DNA of 54,676 nt from the NCBI GenBank assembly GCA_964440825.1, contig CAYYKU010000001.1, forward strand, positions 1 to 54,676, given 5' to 3'. Positions 26,194-36,000 of this stretch are shown here, one piece after another. Numbering within the stretch: the stretch's first letter is position 1; each line of letters starts with the position of its first letter. Below the pieces are notes generated by a model. The model saw only the letters and a list, made by a program, of their open reading frames with translations. It was not told where the DNA came from and did not search any database. Source of the DNA: Candidatus Woesearchaeota archaeon. Its GTDB lineage: Archaea; Nanobdellota; Nanobdellia; Pacearchaeales; GW2011-AR1. Position numbers and translations under genes: made by a program.

Positions 26194-27402
26194 TTATTCG
26201 TAACGCAAAGCATCCACTATATTTGTCTTAGAAGCATTAACAGCCGGAATTACTCCAGAGAGAGCACCAGTTACTGTTGCAAACAGTACACATCCTAAAA
26301 ATAAACTAGTTGAATAGTGAGGGCTCAAGAATCCCCATCCTAGATTGTCTAATACTGTTCCAGCAATAAAAGTCATTATAAATCCTGCCAATACTCCGAG
26401 CACCCCCGCAACAGCTCCTAAAAATCCAGATTCGAAAACAAAGATATTAAATATTTCTGAATTCTTTGCACCTATTGCTTTCAGTACACCTATCTCTTTT
26501 GTTCTTTCCAAAACAGAAGTAATCATTGTATTTGCTGTGTTTATGGCAGAAACTAAAACTGAAATAAGGGCAATCAAAATTACAAAACCTATAACAATGT
26601 TCAATGCACTCATATAACTCTGAATTAAATCTTCAAAAGAAGCAACGTAAAAATCTTCTTTACCTTTGTCTACATTCCTAGATATTCTTAAATTTCTCTC
26701 AACATTTGCAATAGTTAGATTCATACTGTTAATATCTACCCTACCAATAATCATTGCATAGCCAGTAACATTTGGAAAAATTACTTTCATTGTATCTGTA
26801 AGGAGATAAATATTAGAGTCATCTTGGGGATTTCCTAATTCTTTATAAAAACCAACAACTCTAAAATCTTCTCCATTAAGTGTTATTTTGTTATTAATGT
26901 CTAATTTATTTGGAAATATTTTATCATCTACTAAATAATTATATCCCAATACTACTTTTTTTGTATCTCCTGATTGTAATTCTCTTCCTTTGAAGATTTC
27001 CATATTGGATAATTCCTTTATCAAATTTGTTTTGGGATTTAATGAGCCGACCATTACATATTTTTTAACATCATTTTTTACTACTTCAACAACTTTCATA
27101 TAAACTCCTTCGGCTTCTATTACTCCTGCACTTCTCTCGACTGCTTTCAAATCTCTTTCTGAAAAAGAGAAGGTATCGTCCAATCCCGGAGCTCCAACTC
27201 CCTTTGGTGAAACTGTTATTTTGTCTGCAGAAGTTCCAGAAGTGAATGAATCTACGTAATCATATAAACCCCATCCAAAACTAATAAAAATAAAAATAGT
27301 TGTTATGCCTATAAATATAGAAAAAATAGTTAGTGCACTTCTAGTCTTTCTATGTGCAATATTTTTCAAAGAATATTTTACGCTTTCTTCAGATATCACC
27401 AT
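26194..27402 (-). CDS. ABC transporter permease, MacB/FtsX type
   Basis: 402 aa. N-terminal TM, large extracytoplasmic domain, C-terminal FtsX domain (ERTKEIGVLKAIGAKNSEIF...). Confidence 0.85.
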   Translation of the reverse strand: MVISEESVKYSLKNIAHRKTRSALTIFSIFIGITTIFIFISFGWGLYDYVDSFTSGTSADKITVSPKGVGAPGLDDTFSFSERDLKAVERSAGVIEAEGVYMKVVEVVKNDVKKYVMVGSLNPKTNLIKELSNMEIFKGRELQSGDTKKVVLGYNYLVDDKIFPNKLDINNKITLNGEDFRVVGFYKELGNPQDDSNIYLLTDTMKVIFPNVTGYAMIIGRVDINSMNLTIANVERNLRISRNVDKGKEDFYVASFEDLIQSYMSALNIVIGFVILIALISVLVSAINTANTMITSVLERTKEIGVLKAIGAKNSEIFNIFVFESGFLGAVAGVLGVLAGFIMTFIAGTVLDNLGWGFLSPHYSTSLFLGCVLFATVTGALSGVIPAVNASKTNIVDALRYE

Positions 27403-27403
27403 T

Positions 27404-28624
27404 TTATTTCCTCAAGGCCTCCACCGGATTCATATTTGCCGCTTTCATTGCAGGAGCAATTCCTGCAATAGATCCAATAATGAAACTTCCAACTAAAGTA
27501 GCTATCGCCAATATCCAATTAATTTCAAATGGATTTTGTGAACCAATAAAAGCATTTATTCCTTGTATGCCTGCAAATCCGATTGATAATCCTAGCGTTA
27601 CTCCTATCAAGCCACCGACCATTCCTAACATTCCAGCCTCAATAAAAAACTGGAAAAAGATATCGGAATTTTTTGCACCTATTGCTTTCATTATTCCTAT
27701 TTCTTTAGTTCTTTCCATAACGGAAGTAGTCATTGTATTTACTATTCCTATTGCTCCAACAAAAATAGAGATAGCTGCAATTAGTGCGATGAAAATTTGT
27801 ACTCCTGTCAAAATAGAATTAACCGTAGATAATGCTGCTTCCGGGGTAGAAACTTCAAAATCTTCTTGACCTACTTTAACATCTCTCCTATTTCTTAATA
27901 ACTTTTCAATATCTAATTTTGCTTGAGCCATGAAATCCTTACTCACAACTTTAGCTGCAATAATGTCTACTCCTTCTCCCAAATCTAGTAAATTTTTTAA
28001 TTCTGGAGTTTTAATTAGAATAATTTTATCAATAATAAAACTACCTTTCTTTTTTAGAATACCTACAACCCTATAATCTTTATTTTGGATAGTTATGCTG
28101 TCTCCAACTGCTATTATTTTTCCAAATCCGTTTTTGTCTTTGTCAGCCAGGTCGTGTCCAATAACAATTTTATTTGTATCTCCGTCTTGCAATAATCTTC
28201 CAGTTTCTGCTTCAACATCTATTGTTTCATACATAAATTTTTCTTTTTCACCTTCCGGAACATCAGTGCCGAATCCAATTACTAATTTATTATTATACTC
28301 AAGCCTCAAGGTTTCAATTCTTCTAGGGATTGCATATTGTACTTTGTCTAATTTTTCAATTGCTACTGCATCACTTTCGGTTAGTGGGTTGACAACTCCG
28401 GAACCTGGAGGTCCATATCCGCTCATTCCTCCTGCCTGTATAGAAATTATTTCTGTAGAACTAATTCCGAACTGTGAGTTAACTGCAAGTTTTAATCCAT
28501 CTCCCAAAGATATCAAAGAAACAACTGCAATAATTCCAATAACTACTCCTAGTAAAGTTAACCAACTTCGAATGCCTCTTCTTCTTAAATTTCTTACTGC
28601 AATAGAAAAATATTCTGCTCTCAT
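27404..28624 (-). CDS. ABC transporter permease, MacB/FtsX type (paralog)
   Basis: 406 aa. Same architecture (ERTKEIGIMKAIGAKNSDIF...). Confidence 0.85.
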   Translation of the reverse strand: MRAEYFSIAVRNLRRRGIRSWLTLLGVVIGIIAVVSLISLGDGLKLAVNSQFGISSTEIISIQAGGMSGYGPPGSGVVNPLTESDAVAIEKLDKVQYAIPRRIETLRLEYNNKLVIGFGTDVPEGEKEKFMYETIDVEAETGRLLQDGDTNKIVIGHDLADKDKNGFGKIIAVGDSITIQNKDYRVVGILKKKGSFIIDKIILIKTPELKNLLDLGEGVDIIAAKVVSKDFMAQAKLDIEKLLRNRRDVKVGQEDFEVSTPEAALSTVNSILTGVQIFIALIAAISIFVGAIGIVNTMTTSVMERTKEIGIMKAIGAKNSDIFFQFFIEAGMLGMVGGLIGVTLGLSIGFAGIQGINAFIGSQNPFEINWILAIATLVGSFIIGSIAGIAPAMKAANMNPVEALRK

Positions 28625-28757
28625 TTTGCGAAACTTCTCTCCTTTTTATTTTGAAGTTCGCAAGGCAAAAAATGCGAAGTATTGACTGCCGCTAATGGAC
28701 AATTTTCGTCGAACGAATGTTTGAAAGCATTGAAAATTAGTCCTTTGTTTACCATAA

Positions 28758-29489
28758 TTATTTTCTCCGCGTCGTTTTCTCAAGTTTTCCGTCCTTAATC
28801 CAATAAACAATCTTTGCGTGTTTCTGTGCAAGTTCTGGTGAATGTGTAACCATAATAATTGTTTTTCCTTCCTGATTTAATTTGTTTAAAAATTCCATTA
28901 CTATCTCTCCTGTTTTGGTATCTAAATTACCTGTAGGTTCATCTGCTAAAATAACTTCTGGATCGTTTGAGAGTGAACGAGCAATTGCAACTCTTTGTTG
29001 TTGTCCTCCAGATAGTTGATTCGGGTAGTGATCCATTCTATCATCTAATTCTACTAGCTTCAAAAGTTGTTCTGCCTTCTCTTCCCTCTCTTCAAATGAA
29101 ACTCCTTGGAAAAGCATAGGTAGCATAACATTTTCTTTTGCTGTAAGATTCGGAATTAAATTAAATTGTTGAAAAATAAAACCTATTTTTTTACCTCGAA
29201 TTTGTGCTAAGTCTGATTCATGTAAATCTGCAATATTGTGGTGGTCTAGATAAATTGCTCCCTTGGTTGGAATATCTAAACTTCCTACTAAATTCATAGC
29301 AGTAGATTTTCCAGAACCTGATGGGCCCATAATAGCTACGAATTCTCCCTGATGAATCTTCAAATCTAAACTATCTAATGCATGAACTTTAGATTCGCCC
29401 ATGTCATAAATCTTATGAACATCCTTTAACTGAATGATAAGGTCTCCTTCTTTTTTATTTTTATATGTTGACTTCATCCTCGTTTGCAT
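28758..29489 (-). CDS. ABC transporter ATP-binding protein (MacB/LolD type)
   Basis: 243 aa. Walker [10 protein letters not shown], signature LSGGQQQR, Walker B ILADEPT, H-loop VTHS. Confidence 0.9.
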   Translation of the reverse strand: MQTRMKSTYKNKKEGDLIIQLKDVHKIYDMGESKVHALDSLDLKIHQGEFVAIMGPSGSGKSTAMNLVGSLDIPTKGAIYLDHHNIADLHESDLAQIRGKKIGFIFQQFNLIPNLTAKENVMLPMLFQGVSFEEREEKAEQLLKLVELDDRMDHYPNQLSGGQQQRVAIARSLSNDPEVILADEPTGNLDTKTGEIVMEFLNKLNQEGKTIIMVTHSPELAQKHAKIVYWIKDGKLEKTTRRK

Positions 29490-29539
29490 ACAAAAAACAA
29501 TATCAAAACCTTTAAAAATGCTCCCAAACTCATAAAATC

Positions 29540-29737
29540 ATGATAATTCCAATTCGTTGTTTCAGTTGTGGAAAGCCAATCGCTCACTTATGGAAACAAT
29601 ATAAAGAAAAAACTGCAAAAGGCGAAGATTCTAAGAAAGTTCTAGACGAGCTTGGCTTAGATAGGTATTGTTGCAGAGCAATCTTCTTAGGACAAGCAGA
29701 TAATATTGAATTAGTTAACAAATTTAAGAAATATTAA
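29540..29737 (+). CDS. rpoN: DNA-directed RNA polymerase subunit N (Rpo10)
   Basis: 65 aa. MIIPIRCFSCGKPIAHLW...LGLDRYCCRAIFL. Confidence 0.9.
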   Translation: MIIPIRCFSCGKPIAHLWKQYKEKTAKGEDSKKVLDELGLDRYCCRAIFLGQADNIELVNKFKKY

Positions 29738-29787
29738 TTTTCTATTTTTTTTGATCATTATTTATTTAGGTTTTCTACTTTCTTTTG

Positions 29788-29805
29788 ATGCATACTTTTA
29801 TGCAT
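29788..29805. promoter_or_regulatory. inverted repeat ATGCATA-N4-TATGCAT upstream of the RHH/giant-protein operon (putative operator)
   Basis: Perfect 7-bp arms. A direct repeat ATACTATT at 29820-29827 and 29831-29838 follows. The RHH ATG is at 29883. Confidence 0.3.
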
Positions 29806-29882
29806 GATTATTTAAAATTATACTATTTGAATACTATTATTTAAACGTAAATATTTAAAAAGGAACTTTTCTTTTAGTTTAA

Positions 29883-30026
29883 ATGCAAAAAAGAGTCACA
29901 CTTAGTCTAGATGATAAAGTTTACAAAGATTTTCAGAAGTTTTGCGAGGATAATGATATAATAGTTTCTAAAAGAATTGAAAGGTTAATGAGTGAAATGT
30001 TAGAGAAAAAGAAAAGCTTAAAATGA
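29883..30026 (+). CDS. ribbon-helix-helix (CopG-like) small protein
   Basis: 47-aa ORF, below the track cutoff: MQKRVTLSLDDKVYKDFQKFCEDNDIIVSKRIERLMSEMLEKKKSLK. The beta-strand RVTLSLDD plus two helices follow the same pattern as the 6368 ORF. Its stop overlaps the giant gene's ATG (ATGA). Confidence 0.55.
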   Translation: MQKRVTLSLDDKVYKDFQKFCEDNDIIVSKRIERLMSEMLEKKKSLK

Positions 30027-33000
30027 TAAAAAATAAAAAAATTAAAGAGGTGATGAAGGCGAAATTAATTTATTTAGTTGTATTTTTATTATTGGGGGCA
30101 TTGTCTTTATCTGCAAATGTTGATGCTTCTTTAGATGGGGATGGGTCTTCTTCTAACCCGTACCAAATCACAAATTGCACACATTTACAAGAAATGAAAA
30201 ATAATTTGACAGCGGATTATATTCTTATGAGTAATATTGACTGTTCAATTACTTCAACATGGAATAGTAATGCAGGATTTGAACCAGTAGGTAACACAAC
30301 AATGCCCTTCAGAGGAAGTTTAGATGGAAACGGATATAATATTACTAATATGGTGATTTATCGTCCTTCCGCGACATATTTGGGTTTATTCGGGGATCTT
30401 GACAACAACAGAAAGATAATTAAAAATTTAGGAATTCATAATGCGAATATTACTGCTAGTAATACTGCCGGTGTTTTGGCAGGTAGAATAACAAACAGCA
30501 CAATTGTGCGTGTTTCTGTTTCGGGAGTATTGAGATCACTAAATATTTTGGGCGGATTAACCGCCTCTATTGCTAACACAACAGTATACAACTCTTCTGC
30601 AACGTGTAATCTTACGACCACAGGTACTGGACAATACAATGTAAATGGTGGTTTTGTTGGATGGTTAGGTAGAAATGTATTGATAGAAAGTTGCTTTGCA
30701 GATAGTATTATAGTTAGTTCTGACGCTTCCAATGGTGGGTTTTATGCATGGACTAATGGATTAGAGGTTGCAGGACATAACACAACAGTTAATAATTCTT
30801 ATTCTAAAGGAGCTATTTCTGGCTCCGGTAGTTATACTGCTGGTTTTGGAGGTCCTTCGAATGGTAATTCTTACATCCGTGATTCTTATACAATTGAAAC
30901 TATGTCGGTGGGATATTGTGTTTTTGGAGCTGTATATGGTACTGTTCCTGCAACAAATTTATTTTATGATAGTACTGCTTGTACGAGGGGAACTGGTGGC
31001 GGAGGGACAGCCAAAACAACAACACAAATGAAAACCGAATCCACTTTTACTGCAGTAGGGTGGGATTTTACAAATAAATGGATAATTAATGCATCTAAAA
31101 ATAGCGGTTATCCTTATTTACTTTGGCAAGATACTCCTGTTCCTAATTCAATTAGGCCTCTTTTTGATATTGTATCTCCAACAAATAATTCAATTCAAAC
31201 AGATGCATTTAATTTAACTTTTAATGCAACAAATGCATCTGCATTGTGGTATTATAATGGGACAGAAAATATTAGTTATATGGGGGCAGTATCATTAAAT
31301 TTATCTCCGGCAAATTATAATTACATTTTATATATGAATTATTCTAATGGTACTATTGTTTCCGAAAATTTATTTTTCACAGTAGCATCAAATGTTGAGA
31401 TTTCATTTGCAAATCCTTTCGGAACTGGTGGAAATATAACTTATGAGGGTGAGTATACTATTCATACATTTTCATATACTGGTTCTGAGCAAAATTTTAT
31501 TATTGGGAGTAATATAAATGCGACTATTTATGTTTGGGGTGGCGGCGGTGCAGGTGGATCTCCCGGTGGGTGGGTCTATGGTGCTGCGGGTGGTGCAGGA
31601 GGTGCTGCAAATGGATCTATAACTTTAACAAAGGGAGTTACATATGATATTGTTGTTGGCGGCGGCGGAGTATTAAACAGTTTTGCTAGTGCATTTGGCG
31701 GTGGAGGAAAAGCATCTAATAATAATGCTGATAACAGATACGCCGGCGGCGGCGGCGGTTACTCTGGTTTATTTTTATCTTCTATTTCGCAAACCAATGC
31801 ATTGCTTATTGCGGGCGGTGGCGGTGGCGGCGCGGCAAGCAGAGCTGGAACAGGAAATGCAGGCGGTGCCGGGGGCGGAACATCTGGACAAGTAGGTTAT
31901 TCGCCTTACGATGGAAAAGCAGCATATGGTGGGAATCCTGGAAATCAAACATCTGCAGGTGCTGATGCTAGTTGCAGTAATGCAAATACTGCAGGAGGAC
32001 AAGGTGTACTTCAAGGAGGAACTGTTAGATTCAATAGTTATGGCGGCGGTGGCGGTGGCGGATATTGGGGTGGTTCTGCTGGAGGATATAGTGAAAGTAA
32101 TACTATGGGTGGCGGCGGTGGCGGTTCTGGATATTATAATTCTACTTATGTTTCTTCTGCAAATTTAGCTACTGGTGTGGGAACTACTCCTGGTGATTCT
32201 GCAAATGCATTTAGAGGAACAGCAGGTACTGCGGGTATTGTTTCGGGAAATGGTGCCGCTGGTGTTGTTATAATAAAATATTTAACACCAACATTAATTA
32301 CTGAAGAAAATAATTCTGTGTACGCTAGAGATTATATTTTTGCAAATTTTGATATTTCAGGTTCTAATTTTGTGAATGTGACTTATAATTTGTATAATTC
32401 TACTTCATTATTAGATTCAACAAGTTATTATTCAACTGAAAATAATTCAATAAATTGGACAAACCTTCCAAATGAGGTTTACTATTATAATGCTACTGCT
32501 TATGATCTTTTTAATACAACAATTACTTCCGAAACAAGGATGATTACGTTAGACACTACGGTACCAAATGGGACTTTAATTTCTCCAGCAAATAATACTT
32601 CTGTAGGAGCTACATCAATTAATTTCACAGCAAATATTTCAGATAATTTAGGTATACAGAATGCTACTTTAAGTATTGTAAATGCAACAGATAATGAAAC
32701 TATTTCAACTCATGTTTATGGAGATGATTCTTTACCAGCAGGGGTTGTAGAAGCAACTATTGGAATTGTAGTTTCTTTAACTGATGGAGTTTACAATTGG
32801 TTCTATTCAATCTTTGACTGGGCTGGAAATCAATTCAATACAGAAACTAATCAAGTTACTGTTGATTTACCACCAGTCGTAACCTTAACTTCTCCTGCTG
32901 CAGGAATTTCTTTAACACAATTTGATAGTTTAACTTGTAGCGTAGCTGATATGTTTGGTGTTGAGAATATCACTTTGTATTTATGGAATGAAACTGGATT

Positions 33001-36000
33001 AATTTATAATGATACACAAGAGGCAGGTGGAGCAACTTTATATGAAAATACTTGGAATTATGATTTAACTGATGGAGAATATAATTACAATTGTTTAGCA
33101 GTAGACTCAACTTTAGGTTCTGCTGCCTGGGCTGCAAGTAATGTTACAACTCAAGTAGATGCTTCAAATTATACAATTACAAACGGAAATTTTGTAGATT
33201 GGGGGAATTTTTATTATAGTCCTTCTTTTACAAGAAATTTTACTTTTAATGTTACTTCAACTTCAGTAATTGATCAAGATTTGACATTTGAATTATTTTC
33301 GCCTGGAAAAGATTTTTCTAGTAGTGCTTACATATATCACGCAGAGGGAAATTGCGGTGGAGACAGATGGGGGGCGAGCTGTGATACTTATGATTTGATT
33401 GATGGTAATTGGGATACTTACTACGGTATCTCTGGTTATTACAATAGTTATATTCAATATGATTTGGCTTCCCAAGGTTTAATAAATGAAATTAAAATAG
33501 CTTGGTATCCAGGAAATAACTGGTATAGTCCGGGGCCATATTATTTTCAATACTATGATAGCAACACTGGAGAGTGGCTTACTCCGGACGGATGGAAATC
33601 TTGGATAGGTGATGCTCCTTATTTAGAATCAGGTACTTTTGGAGGTTCTAGTTGGGGTGCATCGACTGATGTTACCACCATGACAGATGGAGATCCATAT
33701 ACTTATTTCGGTATAAGTGGAAATAAAGGAGATGGAGTAGTGACTTACTCATTTGATAATCCAAGAACTATTTCTTCTGTAAATGTTATGTGGTATCGAT
33801 CTAGCCCTGGAGACTATTATTTTGAATATAAAGATGTTGATGGAAATTGGCAACAACCAACAGAATGGCAGTCTAATGATGGTAATCAGGATACTGAGAC
33901 TGATTATGCTTATAGTTTAGATACTCCTGTTGAGGCTCTGGGGTTAAGACTCTATAAACCTGCTCTTGGAGGGGGGAGTGGAACAGGTATATCCGAATTT
34001 ACTTTTGATTCTATTATTTCTCCATCTTACCTAATTAATCAAGATTTTTATACAGAATATACATTCACTTTATCAACACCAGTTACTACTTCCAATATAA
34101 GATTAGCTAAACCCTCTACTGGTTCTAATAGTGGTATAGGTATTTCAGAAATGACTGTTTCTGGAATGGACAAAATAACTACTTCTAATAACGGATATAT
34201 GTATTTAGTGGGTTCAGAATCTCCAACTTATACAATTGCAGCAAATGCTTTAACACAAATTAGTTTCCCATTAAGAATAAATGCAGGGTCTTTTAGTTAT
34301 AATTTATATGCAACTGCAACAAGAACAAGATTTGGAGAAACTTATGATTATTCTTCTCCAAGTTATTGGATAAATTTTATTCAAGACTTAACTCCTCCAG
34401 CCCTAGTTGGCAATATTAGTTACTCTCCAAATCAATTAGATAATATTGATCCAGAAACATTTATCCAAATGAATGCAACAATGACTGATGCTGGTATTGG
34501 ATTAGCTAATGCAACATTCCAATCCTTCTATAATGGTACTTGGCATAATTTAACAACTGAATTAATCGGAGCATACACAAAGGGTGGAAAATTTGGAGCT
34601 AACTTTACAACTGCTTCTGTAGATAAAAACTATACAATAAGATTATGGTCTATAGATTCAGTAGGAAATGCAGGCTATACTGCAAATACTACAATAAAAT
34701 CTGAATGGGATTGTACATGGAATATTGCTCCTTCTTCTTTCGAAGAAACAATAGGGTTCTATGAAGATAAGCCACTTGGAAATATTACTTTAATTAATAC
34801 AGGAGATGTTAATTATTCAAATAATAACTGTTCTATAGAATTTACACTAGGTTGGTCTGGATTTAGTACAGAATACCTTATTGCAACTTCTGATCCTGAA
34901 AGATGGTTAACTGGAAATACTTATTTCCAATTCCCATTAATAAATAGAAAGATAAGAGTCTCTGCAAAAACAAACCAAACAGTACTTGTGAATGTTTCTT
35001 TCCCATCAACAGAATCTCCATTCACTGAGACTCCTTTAGTACTTGTAAGTTCTTCAATAAATGATTCAATAACTCGTTCTAAAGTAAAGAATGTTAGCAC
35101 TGAAATAATTATTTCCCCTCCAAATCCTTTGCTATATCAAGCGATTACAGAATCTCCAACTAGCTATGTTTCTTTAACTCCCGGAAATATATCTCTAAAT
35201 GCCTTTGTAAGAAATCTAGGTTATGATCCTGATAATGCAGAAAATACTACTGCCTATAATGTAACTTTTAACTGGACATTACCTTCAGCATTATATGAGA
35301 GGTTAATAATAGAAGAGAATGTAACAAATGAAACATTATTCTTTGATGTATTAAATACTTCAGAAAGACAATTTAACAATTTAACAATTGCTTTAACAGA
35401 TGCAAACTTAGGATCTATGTCTAAAGGAATATTAAATCTAACTATCTTCTCATATGGGTATTCAAATGCTTCAGATAATTCTTCATTAATTGTTAATTCA
35501 GGAAATAAAACTCTATTGAATGAAACAGTTTCAATTGAATTCAAATGTTATGAAGTCGCAGATAATATCTGTGTCTCCGCTTGTGGTATTGGTGTAGATC
35601 CAGATTGTGTTGCTTCACCTCCTGGTTCTAATGGTGGTGGAGGCGGCGGAGGTGGTGGCGGAGGTAGTGGAAGCTTCGATAAGTCATCTGCTACGTTTGA
35701 ATTAGTCAGGGGCGATAATCAAGAATTTAGTTTAGCATTAGAGAATAAACTATCTAATCCTAAGAAAGATATAACTATCACAATTAAAGGAAATAATTCA
35801 CAGTATGTTATTCCTTCACCTAATTTGATAACTTATTTGGGAGCAAATAGTAATAAAACTATAAAGTTCTTAATTAATGCACCTTCATATTTCTCTTCAG
35901 GTAAATACTTACTAGAGATTACATTTAGTGGAACTATTGAAGGAAATACTTCAACTAAATTCACAGAAGTAAGATATGTAACATTAATGATTTTAGAAAT

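Noticed and set aside
26345-28685. Long plus-strand ORFs 26345..26617, 27354..27869 and 28095..28685
   Set aside because: They are antisense to the two FtsX permease genes, whose domain architecture is clear. Their translations are Pro/Ile/Ser-rich mirror frames.
31683-32168. ORFs 31683..31895, 31775..32014 (minus) and 31911..32168 inside the giant gene
   Set aside because: They are frame-shifted or antisense readings of the GGN-repeat region (Ala/Val/Arg-rich artefacts). The in-frame giant ORF is continuous for 6.9 kb.
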